From: an uncultured Christensenella sp. | GTDB taxonomy: Bacteria; Bacillota; Clostridia; Christensenellales; Borkfalkiaceae | Assembly (NCBI GenBank): GCA_910578145.1 | Contig: CAJTPJ010000003.1 | Coordinates: forward strand, 11,556-75,555 | Direction: 5' to 3' | DNA: 64,000 nucleotides | Shown here: piece after piece, positions 44,318 to 53,472 of the stretch | Numbering within the stretch: the stretch's first letter is position 1 | How the letters are laid out: every line of letters starts with the position of its first letter | Translations under genes and position numbers: made by a program | The notes under the pieces: model-generated | Seen by the model: the letters and a program-made list of their open reading frames with translations, nothing else | Database searches by the model: none | Told to the model about the DNA's origin: nothing

Positions 44318-45871
44318 ATGAAAAAAATACCTTATGCAATAATTATTATGGACGGTTACGGGCTTGCGCCCGCCGGCGAGGGCAACGCCATTTCCATTAA
44401 CGGAAGCGCAAACGTAAACGGACTTATTAAAAACTACCCCTCCTCTACCCTCGGCGCGAGCGGTATGAGCGTGGGACTTCCCGACGGGCAGATGGGAAAC
44501 AGCGAAGTCGGGCACTTGAATATGGGCGCGGGCAGGATAGTTTATCAGGATTTAACCAAAATCACCAAAGCCATACAGGACGGAGACTTTTTTGAAAACC
44601 CCGCGCTGTTAAAGGCTATTGAAAACGCAAAGTCCAACGGCAAAAAGTTACACCTTTACGGGCTTTTGTCGGACGGCGGCGTGCACAGCCACGTAACGCA
44701 CCTTTACGCGCTTTTGAAATTGGCGAAGTTAAACGGATTAAAAGACGTTTTCGTGCATTGTTTTATGGACGGCAGGGACGTTTCCCCCACTTCCGGCGCG
44801 GGATTTATACGCGGGCTTCAAGCTGAGATAGAAAAAATAGGCGCAGGCAAAATTGCGGACGTTTGCGGAAGATATTACGCTATGGACCGCGACAATAATT
44901 GGGACAGAGTTGAAAAGGCTTACGATATGTTGACTTTGGGCGAGGGCGTTAAGTGCGACGACCCCGCAAAAGTCGTTGAGGAAAGCTACGCCGCGGGCGT
45001 TACCGACGAGTTTATCGTTCCCACCAAGGTTTACGAAAAAGGTAAACCCGTAGGACTTATCGAGCGTGGCGACAGTATTATATGCTTTAACTTCCGCCCC
45101 GACCGCGCAAGAGAGATTACCCGCGCGGTTTCGCAAAAGGACTTTATCGTACCCAAGGGTACCGCTTTTGAGCGCAAAACGGGATTTCTGCAACCCGTTT
45201 ACGTTTGTTTTACCGTATACGACGCAGAGTTTTCGGGCGTGGAAATAGCTTTCCCCAAAACTTCTATGGCTAACACACTGGGCGAATACCTTGCAAAGCT
45301 GGGCAAAAAGCAATTAAGAATTGCGGAAACCGAGAAATACGCGCACGTTACTTTCTTTTTCAACGGCGGCGTTGAAGCGCCCAACGAGGGCGAACAGCGC
45401 GACCTGATACCTTCACCCAAAGTTGCAACTTACGATTTGCAACCTGAAATGAGCGCGTACGCCGTAACAGAAAAAGTTTTGGAAGAACTTGACAGCGGAA
45501 AGTTTGACGTGATGATTTTAAATTTTGCAAACTGCGATATGGTAGGACATACGGGGATTATACCCGCGGCGGTTAAAGCAGTTGGCACCGTTGATGAGTG
45601 CGTTAAAAAAGTTACCGATAAAATTTTGGAAATGGGCGGAACGGCGCTTCTTACCGCAGACCACGGCAACGCGGATAAACTATTGTCCGAGGACGGTTCG
45701 CCTTTTACGGCGCACACTACCAATCCCGTGCCCGTAGTACTCGTTTCAAAAAAGTACAAGCACGTGAAACTTCGCGGCGACGGCGTGCTTGCCGACCTTG
45801 CCCCCACTCTTTTAACCTGTATGGGCTTACCCGTACCCGAAGAGATGACGGGAAAAAGCCTTATAGTTTAA
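44318..45871 (+). CDS. gpmI: 2,3-bisphosphoglycerate-independent phosphoglycerate mutase
   Basis: IIMDGYG, NSEVGHLNMGAGR, LLSDGGVHSH, NFANCDMVGHTG and TADHGNA motifs. The ATG at 44318, after GGGAG, is preferred over the upstream TTG at 44255. Confidence 0.93.
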   Translation: MKKIPYAIIIMDGYGLAPAGEGNAISINGSANVNGLIKNYPSSTLGASGMSVGLPDGQMGNSEVGHLNMGAGRIVYQDLTKITKAIQDGDFFENPALLKAIENAKSNGKKLHLYGLLSDGGVHSHVTHLYALLKLAKLNGLKDVFVHCFMDGRDVSPTSGAGFIRGLQAEIEKIGAGKIADVCGRYYAMDRDNNWDRVEKAYDMLTLGEGVKCDDPAKVVEESYAAGVTDEFIVPTKVYEKGKPVGLIERGDSIICFNFRPDRAREITRAVSQKDFIVPKGTAFERKTGFLQPVYVCFTVYDAEFSGVEIAFPKTSMANTLGEYLAKLGKKQLRIAETEKYAHVTFFFNGGVEAPNEGEQRDLIPSPKVATYDLQPEMSAYAVTEKVLEELDSGKFDVMILNFANCDMVGHTGIIPAAVKAVGTVDECVKKVTDKILEMGGTALLTADHGNADKLLSEDGSPFTAHTTNPVPVVLVSKKYKHVKLRGDGVLADLAPTLLTCMGLPVPEEMTGKSLIV

Positions 45872-45896
45872 GAGAAAACTTAATTATTTAAAGTTT

Positions 45897-45923
45897 AGCC
45901 CCGACGGTAAATCCGTTGGGGCT
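45897..45923 (+). terminator. Intrinsic terminator after gpmI
   Basis: AGCCCCGACGG-TAAAT-CCGTTGGGGCT followed by a T-rich stretch. Confidence 0.7.
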
Positions 45924-45970
45924 ATCGTTTCCGTTTGCTTAATTTTTTAATTTGCAATATAATGATATAG

Positions 45971-46939
45971 ATGTTGATAAAAGAGCCTGAAAAGTTTTTT
46001 TCAAAAACTTATATAGTGTGCATATGCGCAATTATTTGCTGTCTTTTGTGGGGCAGCGCTTTCCCGTGCGTAAAAATAGGCTACAAATTATTTGAAATAG
46101 ACCAATCCAGCGTACCGTCTTTAATGCTTTTCGCTGGAACGCGGTTTTCGCTTGCGGGGATTTTCGTAATAATTTTCGGCTCGGTTTCAAAACGGAGATT
46201 TTTAGCGCCCAAGCCCAAAAACTTATGGCGGGTACTGATAGTATGCCTATTTCAAACTGTTTTGCAGTATACCTTTTTCTATATAGGGCTTGCAAATACC
46301 GCCGGCGTAAAGGCTTCGGTTTTAAACGGATTGGGCGTATTTTTCACCATTATAGCCGCGTGTTTTTTATTCCGCACGGAAAAATTTAATTTAATTAAAC
46401 TTGCAGGTTGCGCGTTGGGCTTCGGCGGGGTTGTTTTAATTAATTTGGGCGGGGATTTCTCGTTTGAATTTTCACTGCTTGGCGAAGGGTTTATAATTTT
46501 TTCCGGTCTTTCGGCAGCGGTTGCGGCGGGATTTGTAAAGATATTTTCCAAAAAAGAGGATACGGCTGCGCTGTGCGGTTATCAATTTTTTATAGGCGGA
46601 ATTATCCTTGTAGTAATCGGGTTAAGTTTCGGCGGGCGGATTACGCACGTAGACGTTGGCGCGGCGGCTATGCTTGTATATCTTGCGTTTCTTTCCGCGT
46701 GCGCGTTTACTTTACAGGGTTTTCTTTTAAAATACAACCCCGTTTCCAAAGTTGCCGTATTTAAAAGCACTAACCCTCTTTTCGGCGCGGTATTTTCCGC
46801 TTTGGTGCTTGGTGAAAGCGAGCAACTTTTAAGCTGGTTTACGCTAATTGCTTTGCTTTTGGTGTGCCTTGGGATATTTATAATAAACAAATTCGGAGAA
46901 AAAAAGCCCAAACCTGCGGCGGAAGATAAAAAATTTTAA
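45971..46939 (+). CDS. EamA/DMT-family transporter
   Basis: 322 aa with 10 predicted TM helices in two EamA-like halves. A TTGCTT-17-TATAAT promoter lies at about 45936-45964. Confidence 0.8.
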   Translation: MLIKEPEKFFSKTYIVCICAIICCLLWGSAFPCVKIGYKLFEIDQSSVPSLMLFAGTRFSLAGIFVIIFGSVSKRRFLAPKPKNLWRVLIVCLFQTVLQYTFFYIGLANTAGVKASVLNGLGVFFTIIAACFLFRTEKFNLIKLAGCALGFGGVVLINLGGDFSFEFSLLGEGFIIFSGLSAAVAAGFVKIFSKKEDTAALCGYQFFIGGIILVVIGLSFGGRITHVDVGAAAMLVYLAFLSACAFTLQGFLLKYNPVSKVAVFKSTNPLFGAVFSALVLGESEQLLSWFTLIALLLVCLGIFIINKFGEKKPKPAAEDKKF

Positions 46940-47020
46940 AATTGGGGCGCATTTTTGATTGTAAAAATTTTTGTGCTGTGTTATACTTTTTAAGTAAACT
47001 AGTTCAGAGGTCAAATTATA

Positions 47021-47317
47021 ATGATGCAACTTATGGCTGCACAACTCGGCGATACTGCCTGGGTGGTTTATTGGGTATTTAATATTTTCTGCTTTATCGC
47101 AATTTTCCTTGCGGCGTTGCTTGGCATAATTTTGGTTCTTTTCCAAAAAAGCAACTCCGACGGTATTCAGGGCATAACGGCTTCAAGCGAAACTTTTTTC
47201 GGCAAAAACAGAGGCCGCTCCATTGAGAGCAAACTCAAAAAATGGTCGTGGATAGTGCTTGGCGTTATCGGGGTGCTTGCGATTGTTCAGTACATCGTGC
47301 AGATTATACTTATTTAA
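47021..47317 (+). CDS. secG: Preprotein translocase subunit SecG
   Basis: 98 aa with two TM helices flanking a G/S-rich loop (LFQKSNSDGIQGITASS..FG). It also shows the conserved secG-rnr-smpB synteny. Confidence 0.75.
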   Translation: MMQLMAAQLGDTAWVVYWVFNIFCFIAIFLAALLGIILVLFQKSNSDGIQGITASSETFFGKNRGRSIESKLKKWSWIVLGVIGVLAIVQYIVQIILI

Positions 47318-47327
47318 TAAATTACGA

Positions 47328-47357
47328 AAGGCGGCTTTAAAGTCGCCTTATTTTTTT
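47328..47357 (+). terminator. Intrinsic terminator-like hairpin between secG and rnr
   Basis: AAGGCGGC-TTTAAA-GTCGCCTT followed by ATTTTTTT. It ends only about 10 nt before the rnr ATG. Confidence 0.55.
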
Positions 47358-47367
47358 CAACGTACAT

Positions 47368-49311
47368 ATGAGTTATCAAAAATTTAAAAATTCTAAAAAC
47401 AGACGCGACAAAACTTTTACGGGCACCGTGCAGGGCAGTGAACGTGGTTTTGCGTTTATTTTGCCGGACAGCGATTTCGGGCACGACTTTTTCGTGCCAC
47501 GCCGCGCGGTAAACGGCGCCAATCACGGCGACAAAGTGCTTGCCGCGCACGTTCAGGGCACCACCGACGAGGCGTATATAATAAAGGTTTTAGAACGCGC
47601 TAACCCGCGCATAGTTGGCACCGTAGTTAAAGACAGACGCTCTTGCTACGTATTCCCCGACAACGTTAAACAGCCAAAGATATTTATACCCCTCGCTTCC
47701 ACTTTCGGCGCGAAAGACGGCGATAAAGTAGTATGCGAAATCACTTCTTACCCCAAGGGCAAAGCGCCCGGCGGGGCTATAATAGAAATTATCGGCGAAG
47801 AAGGAAATTTGGACGTTGAGGAACTTTCGATTATCCGCTCTTACGGTCTGGAAGAGGAATTTCCCGAAGCGGTTTTAAAAGAGGCGCGTAAAGTTGCCGC
47901 AGAAAAGGTGGTTTTAGACGGAAGAAAGGATTTCCGCGACAAACTTATAATAACCATCGACGGCGAGGACACGCGGGACATTGACGACGGCGTTTCGCTT
48001 GAACGCGACGGCGAAAACTTTATTTTAGGCGTGCATATAGCTGACGTAAGTCACTATGTAAAGCCTGCTTCGGTTATAGACCGCAACGCATACGGGCGGG
48101 GCACCAGCGTGTATTTTCCCGACCGCGTTTTGCCTATGTTGCCCAAAGATTTATCCAACGAAGCGTGCTCGCTTAACGAAGGCGAGGACAGATACGCAAC
48201 GTCGTGCGTAATGACTTTTACGCCCGACGGCGAGCGGAAGTCTTTTAAAATTTACAACTCGGTTATTAACAGCAAACACCGCACTACCTATAACGAAGTG
48301 GCGTCAATTTGCGAAAAAGACCCCGACATATGCCTTAAATACCCCGATTTGTGCGGCGTTGCGGAGGATATGCAAACGCTGTGCCTTGCGCTTGAAAAAC
48401 GGCGCGAAAAGGCGGGTTGCGTAAACCTTGAAGTAAGCGAAGCGCATATATACGTAAACGACGACGGGGAAATTATTATACCTACCGCTCAACGGAATAT
48501 TGCGCAACGCATCATAGAGCAATTTATGATTTCCGCCAACGAGGCGGTTGCCGAGTTTTTGCAAAAGCACGGCGCGCCCTGCCTTTACCGCATACACGAA
48601 AAACCTGCGGAGGACAAGGCAAACGCATTTTTTGCGTTTTTAAAAGATTTGGGAATAAGGGCGCGCGGCGATATAAGCGATTTAAAACCCGCGGATTTCC
48701 AGCGAATACTTGCTTCCGCAGAGGACAAACCTTTTTACCCCGTTATTAATAAAGTTATGTTGCGCACTATGCAAAAAGCGCGGTATTGCGAGGAAAATTT
48801 GGGGCATTTCGGGTTGGCTTCGGAATGTTATTGCCACTTCACTTCCCCTATCCGCCGCTACCCCGACCTGTTCGTACACAGAAATTTAAAGGAAATACTT
48901 GCAGGCAACGCGAAAAACGCCGTTAACGTTTACGGCAAATTTGCGCACGACGCGGGCGTGGAATGTTCCGCGCGGGAACGGGTTGCAGACGAGTGCGAAC
49001 GCAAGGTTGACGATTTGTACAAGCTGGCGTATATGAACGGAAAAATAGGCGAAGAATTTGACGCGGTTATTTCCGGCGTTACCGGCTTTGGGATATTTTG
49101 CGAGCTGGAAAACACTATAGAGGGGCTTGTGCCCATTGAAGATTTGCCGCGCGACGAGTATGAATATTACGAGGATAAATATTTATTAAAGGGCGCGAAA
49201 CACAGCTATAAGCTGGGGGCAAAAGTACGCGTTATGGTTGCGGACTGCGACCTGGGAAGGCTGAGAGTTTTGTTTAAACTTGTTGACTTGAAACGCCCCG
49301 TTAATGTATAA
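47368..49311 (+). CDS. rnr: Ribonuclease R
   Basis: 647 aa. It has an N-terminal cold-shock-like region (GFAFILPD), the RNB domain (TIDGEDTRDIDDGVS and ...HFGL....YCHFTSPIRRYPD) and a C-terminal S1 domain (GFGIFCEL). Confidence 0.93.
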   Translation: MSYQKFKNSKNRRDKTFTGTVQGSERGFAFILPDSDFGHDFFVPRRAVNGANHGDKVLAAHVQGTTDEAYIIKVLERANPRIVGTVVKDRRSCYVFPDNVKQPKIFIPLASTFGAKDGDKVVCEITSYPKGKAPGGAIIEIIGEEGNLDVEELSIIRSYGLEEEFPEAVLKEARKVAAEKVVLDGRKDFRDKLIITIDGEDTRDIDDGVSLERDGENFILGVHIADVSHYVKPASVIDRNAYGRGTSVYFPDRVLPMLPKDLSNEACSLNEGEDRYATSCVMTFTPDGERKSFKIYNSVINSKHRTTYNEVASICEKDPDICLKYPDLCGVAEDMQTLCLALEKRREKAGCVNLEVSEAHIYVNDDGEIIIPTAQRNIAQRIIEQFMISANEAVAEFLQKHGAPCLYRIHEKPAEDKANAFFAFLKDLGIRARGDISDLKPADFQRILASAEDKPFYPVINKVMLRTMQKARYCEENLGHFGLASECYCHFTSPIRRYPDLFVHRNLKEILAGNAKNAVNVYGKFAHDAGVECSARERVADECERKVDDLYKLAYMNGKIGEEFDAVISGVTGFGIFCELENTIEGLVPIEDLPRDEYEYYEDKYLLKGAKHSYKLGAKVRVMVADCDLGRLRVLFKLVDLKRPVNV

Positions 49312-49319
49312 TAAAAAAA

Positions 49320-49775
49320 ATGCAAACCAAACAAATAGCTTATAACAAGTACGCCTTGTACGAGTATTTCGTTATAGAAAAATACGAGGCGGGAATAGTT
49401 TTGGAAGGCGCGGAAGTAAAGCAGCTTCGGGCGGGAAACTGTAATTTAAAAGACAGTTTTTGTTTATTGCGCAACGGTGAACTTGCGCTTAAAAACCTGC
49501 ATATCCCCGTGTACGACAAGGCGGGCGCATTTTCCACGAAAGACAGCAAGCGAGATAGAAAGCTGTTAATGCACCGCCGCGAAATCGATAAGTTGGCGGG
49601 TAAGATTAACGAAAAAGGTTTTACTCTCGTGCCGCTTTCCCTTTACTTTTGCGGAAGCCTTGTAAAAGTGGAAATCGCGCTTTGTAAGGGCAAACAAAAC
49701 TACGATAAAAAACGAACTATAGCCGAGCGCGACCAAAAGCGCGCGCTTGACCGTGAAATAAAACACTATCAATAA
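49320..49775 (+). CDS. smpB: SsrA-binding protein SmpB
   Basis: 151 aa containing IAYNKYA.YEY, EAGIVL.G.EVK and RDRKLL.H..EI.KL, the canonical SmpB pattern. Confidence 0.93.
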   Translation: MQTKQIAYNKYALYEYFVIEKYEAGIVLEGAEVKQLRAGNCNLKDSFCLLRNGELALKNLHIPVYDKAGAFSTKDSKRDRKLLMHRREIDKLAGKINEKGFTLVPLSLYFCGSLVKVEIALCKGKQNYDKKRTIAERDQKRALDREIKHYQ

Positions 49776-49787
49776 AAGAGGTCGCTT

Positions 49788-51059
49788 ATGAAAAACTATA
49801 AATTAGACACACTTTGCGTACAGGCGGGATATTCGCCCGAATCGGGAGAAGCGCGCATACCGCCCATCAGTCAGTCCACGACGTATTTCTACCCCAAAAC
49901 GCAGGATATGGCGGACTTATTTGACCTAAAAAGCGAGGGTTACTTCTACTCGCGCCTTGCCAACCCCACGGTTGCGGCGTTCGAGGGCAAGGTTGCCGCG
50001 CTTGAAGGCGGCGTTTGCGGCATAGGCTGCGCCTCGGGAATGTCGGCTACGTCCCTTTCGATTTTCACCGTGGCGGGCGCGGGCGACAATATTTTGGCTT
50101 CTTCCGCAATTTACGGCGGCACGTACAATCTGTTTTCAACCACTCTTCCGAAACTCGGCATAGAGTGCAGATTTTTCGACCCCGACGCGGCGGCGGAAGA
50201 TATTGAAAAACTTATTGACGATAAAACAAAAATGATTTTTACGGAAACGGTTGCCAACCCCGCAATCGTGGTGCTGGATTTTGACAAAATTGCCGCGATA
50301 GCTAAAAAATACGGCGTTATTTTCGCGGTTGACAACACCCTTGCCACCCCCGTTTTGTGCCGTCCCAAAGAGTGGGGCGCGCACCTCGTTATCCACTCCT
50401 CCTCAAAATATCTCGACGGGCACGCGGCGGCGCTGGGCGGCGTTATCGTTGACCTTGGCAATTTTAATTTTAAGGGAAATAAGCGCTATCCCTCGTTTAA
50501 CGTTCCAGACGAAAGTTATCACGGGCTGGTTTATGCAGATTTGCCCGTGGCGTTTGGAACTAAGTGCCGCGCGCAGATGATGAGGGATTTCGGCGCGATT
50601 ATGAGCCCGCAAAACGGATTTATTTCATACATAGGCAGCGACACGCTGGCGCTGAGAATGGAAAGACACAGCCGCAATGCGGAAAAGGTTGCGGCATACC
50701 TTAAAAATCACCCTAAAATAGAGTGGATAAACCACCCCTCGCTTGAGGATAACAAATACCATAGTCTTGCTAAAAAGTATTTGCCCGACGGACAAGGCGG
50801 CATGATGAGTTTCGGCATTTGCGGAAACGTGGAAAAGTGCGCTAAATTTATGGAAGCGCTTAAAATGATTACGCAGGAAACGCACGTTGCCGACGTAAGA
50901 AGTTGCGTTTTGCATCCCGCTTCCACCACTCACAGACAGCTTTCCGAAGAAGATTTAAAGGCGGCGGGTGTACCGCATAACCTGATAAGGCTTTCAGTGG
51001 GAATTGAAAACGCCGAGGATATTATAGAAGATTTAAAGCAGGCTTTGGAGAAAGTTTAA
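49788..51059 (+). CDS. metY: O-acetylhomoserine sulfhydrylase / aminocarboxypropyltransferase (PLP, Cys/Met metabolism family)
   Basis: 423 aa containing YSRL.NPT, SGM.A and the PLP-lysine motif HSSSKYLDGH. Confidence 0.88.
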   Translation: MKNYKLDTLCVQAGYSPESGEARIPPISQSTTYFYPKTQDMADLFDLKSEGYFYSRLANPTVAAFEGKVAALEGGVCGIGCASGMSATSLSIFTVAGAGDNILASSAIYGGTYNLFSTTLPKLGIECRFFDPDAAAEDIEKLIDDKTKMIFTETVANPAIVVLDFDKIAAIAKKYGVIFAVDNTLATPVLCRPKEWGAHLVIHSSSKYLDGHAAALGGVIVDLGNFNFKGNKRYPSFNVPDESYHGLVYADLPVAFGTKCRAQMMRDFGAIMSPQNGFISYIGSDTLALRMERHSRNAEKVAAYLKNHPKIEWINHPSLEDNKYHSLAKKYLPDGQGGMMSFGICGNVEKCAKFMEALKMITQETHVADVRSCVLHPASTTHRQLSEEDLKAAGVPHNLIRLSVGIENAEDIIEDLKQALEKV

Positions 51060-51976
51060 TGCCCATTGTAATTGATAAGGACATTCCCGCCTATAAAATT
51101 TTAACCGACGAAAAAATTTTCGTAATGGACAAGGAACGGGCGTTTTCACAGGAAATACGCCCTATTGAAATTGCCATTTTAAATCTTATGCCCACCAAGG
51201 AAACTACCGAAACGCAGTTTATGCGGTTGCTTTCCAACTCTCCGTTGCAGGTAAACGTTACTCTTATAAAAACCTCCACGTATAACGCAACGCACGTTGA
51301 CAAGGGGCATTTAGACAGGTTTTATAAAACTTTTGACGAGATTAAGCACAATAAATTCGACGGTATGATTATTACGGGTGCGCCCGTTGAAAATATGCCG
51401 TTTGAAAAGGTGGCGTATTGGAAAGAGCTTGAAGAAATTTTAAGCTGGACTAAGCGCAACGTTACCTCTACACTGTTTATTTGCTGGGGCGCGCAGGCGG
51501 CGCTACATTATTTCTACAATATAAAAAAGCACCCGTTAAAAGAAAAATGTTCCGGAATTTTCGCGCACCAGAAAGTACGCGACGGCGTTGCCGAGCCGCT
51601 TATGCGCGGTATTTCCGACGAGTTCCATATGCCGCACTCACGGCATACGATTATTTACGCAAAAGACATTTTGGACGTTAAGGAACTTAAAATTTTAGCG
51701 TATTCAAAGCGTGCGGGCGCTTCCATTATTAAAAGCACTGACAACAGGCAGGTGTTCGTTACCGGACATATGGAGTACGACCGATATACGCTTAAAAACG
51801 AATACGAGCGGGACAAAGCCGCGGGGCTTAATGCAAAACCGCCCGCAAACTACTTTGCAAACGCGGAAATGACGGAAGTTAAAATGAATTGGTCGTCCAC
51901 GGCAAATCTGTTTTACATAAATTGGCTTAACTACTACGTTTATCAGGTTACGCCTTACAACATTAGCGAAGTATAA
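51059..51976 (+). CDS. metA: Homoserine O-acyltransferase, MetA family
   Basis: MPIVIDKDIPAY...ILNLMP.K..TE.Q, GMIITGAPVE, and ICWGAQAAL (catalytic Cys). The start overlaps the metY stop. Confidence 0.92.
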   Translation: MPIVIDKDIPAYKILTDEKIFVMDKERAFSQEIRPIEIAILNLMPTKETTETQFMRLLSNSPLQVNVTLIKTSTYNATHVDKGHLDRFYKTFDEIKHNKFDGMIITGAPVENMPFEKVAYWKELEEILSWTKRNVTSTLFICWGAQAALHYFYNIKKHPLKEKCSGIFAHQKVRDGVAEPLMRGISDEFHMPHSRHTIIYAKDILDVKELKILAYSKRAGASIIKSTDNRQVFVTGHMEYDRYTLKNEYERDKAAGLNAKPPANYFANAEMTEVKMNWSSTANLFYINWLNYYVYQVTPYNISEV

Positions 51977-52005
51977 AAAAAACCGCCTTTCGGCGGTTTT
52001 TTCTT
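51975..52005. terminator. Bidirectional intrinsic terminator (metA and the convergent protease gene)
   Basis: AAAAAAAACCGCC-TTTC-GGCGGTTTTTTC. Confidence 0.85.
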
Positions 52006-52008
52006 TTA

Positions 52009-53355
52009 TCAATCCACGGTTACGAAATAATCCGAACCCGTTTTAATATTAATATCTTTTTGCTCGCCCCCGCGCGAAACCGTTATAACTACGGTATAGT
52101 TGGGACGGACGGACAACAGCACGTCGTCCACGTGATAAATTCTGGTAACTTCTTTATTTTCCACAACTTCGCCGTTATCGTTAAGCACTTTGATGTTGCG
52201 GATAGCGTCGTCCGCTTCAAGCCCGTCGCCAGCTTTGGTAATTTTAACGCTTTCGTAAATTTCGTAGCGGTAAGTTTCCTCGTTCCACTTTGAAAGTTTG
52301 GGCTGTGCGGCATACTCTGCTTTAAGGTATGCGCGGGAAACGCCATTTTCGCCGTTGAAACCGTTTTGGTTATAGTTATCCAGCATAAGCCGCACAAGCC
52401 GCCTTACGTTGCTTGCGGGGAGCGCAAACCCAAGGTTATCCACGTTGGTGTTGGAGGACTTGGAATTGACTATCCCCACTAGTTTTCCCGTTTTATCGAA
52501 AAGACCGCCGCCGGAGTTACCGCTGTTTATAGCCGCGTCCGTGCGGATTACTCGGTATTTTTTAACGTTTTGCGAAGCCTGCGAAGAAGAAAGTTTAATT
52601 AGTATAGTTTCGCTTTCCTTACTTATTATACCCTGCGTGGCGGACATTCCGTAGCCCTGCGGGTTGCCAACCGCGTACACGGTTTCGCCCATATAAACGT
52701 CGTCGGCTGTGGTAAATTCCGCCGCTTCCGCCGCACTGTCGCGCAATATTAGGCTGTCCTCAACTTTTAAAAGCGCGATATCGTAAGACTGCGACGCGCC
52801 TATTACTTTTGCGGTTATGCCGCAACTTGCAACGTCGTAATTTTCGTCCTGCCCGTATAAAAACAGATAAACGTTTTCGGCAATGGGTTTAACTGCGGCA
52901 TCGTTATAAATAACGTGGCAGTTAGTAACAACGTACGCGTTGCCCGCCTCTTTATCTATATCGATAATAACGCCCGCGCCGAAGTAGGTTTCACGCTCGG
53001 TTTTAGTGCCCGTAACTTGCCCGAAAACGTTGTAAACGGGCGTTTGAACGGTAAAACTTGCGGCTATGGAAACGCCCGTTTTAAGCGAGCGGTTGATGGA
53101 AGCCTGCAACGAATCCGCTTCGGCAAGCGCGTCGCCGTCGTAGCTTAAATACTGTTCGGCAAATTCAAGAAAAGTAAGCTCTTCAAGCCCCTCTTTCACC
53201 CGTTCTTCGTTTACAGCCTCGTAAATCTGGTAAATGGACGCGTCTTTCCCATCTTTGCCATCCTTACCGTCAACGCCCGATAAACTTATACAGCCGCTGA
53301 AAAGTACCGCGACCGATAAAATTAACGATGCAATTATCGCAGAGATTTTTTTCAT
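52009..53355 (-). CDS. Secreted/lipoprotein trypsin-like serine protease (S1C/HtrA-like)
   Basis: Lipobox LFSGC and a GKDGKDGKD tract. The catalytic triad context is VVTNCHV, DIALLKV and GNSGGGLF. A C-terminal beta-rich domain may be PDZ-like. Confidence 0.8.
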   Translation of the reverse strand: MKKISAIIASLILSVAVLFSGCISLSGVDGKDGKDGKDASIYQIYEAVNEERVKEGLEELTFLEFAEQYLSYDGDALAEADSLQASINRSLKTGVSIAASFTVQTPVYNVFGQVTGTKTERETYFGAGVIIDIDKEAGNAYVVTNCHVIYNDAAVKPIAENVYLFLYGQDENYDVASCGITAKVIGASQSYDIALLKVEDSLILRDSAAEAAEFTTADDVYMGETVYAVGNPQGYGMSATQGIISKESETILIKLSSSQASQNVKKYRVIRTDAAINSGNSGGGLFDKTGKLVGIVNSKSSNTNVDNLGFALPASNVRRLVRLMLDNYNQNGFNGENGVSRAYLKAEYAAQPKLSKWNEETYRYEIYESVKITKAGDGLEADDAIRNIKVLNDNGEVVENKEVTRIYHVDDVLLSVRPNYTVVITVSRGGEQKDINIKTGSDYFVTVD

Positions 53356-53403
53356 TATTTTTACCCTGTTTTTAGTTTACGGTTAAATATTAGTTAATAT
53401 CCC

Positions 53404-53455
53404 TTAAAAAGTCAAATCAGGCGAATATCCCTTTTGGAAAATTCACCTGATTTTT
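53404..53455 (-). terminator. Probable terminator after the uridylyltransferase gene
   Basis: The minus-strand RNA has AAAUCAGG...CCUGAUUU as the outer stem of an extended imperfect hairpin, followed by GACUUUUU. Confidence 0.45.
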
Positions 53456-53472
53456 ACTTTCGTTTAACCTTT

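Noticed and set aside
44738-45807. Antisense ORFs (191 aa, 125 aa, 73 aa) opposite gpmI, plus the 227-aa plus-strand ORF at 29747-30430 opposite pgi.
   Set aside because: They are embedded antisense in well-supported glycolytic genes. They have no independent expression signals.
49776-49787. A tmRNA (ssrA) gene was expected downstream of smpB.
   Set aside because: Only 12 nt separate smpB from metY. No tRNA-like acceptor or T-arm sequence is visible anywhere in the neighbourhood.
53220-53290. A short tandem repeat encoding GKDGKDGKD near the N-terminus of the HtrA-like protease.
   Set aside because: It comprises three 9-nt units inside a coding linker just after the lipobox. It is an ordinary low-complexity tether, not a regulatory or CRISPR-like repeat.
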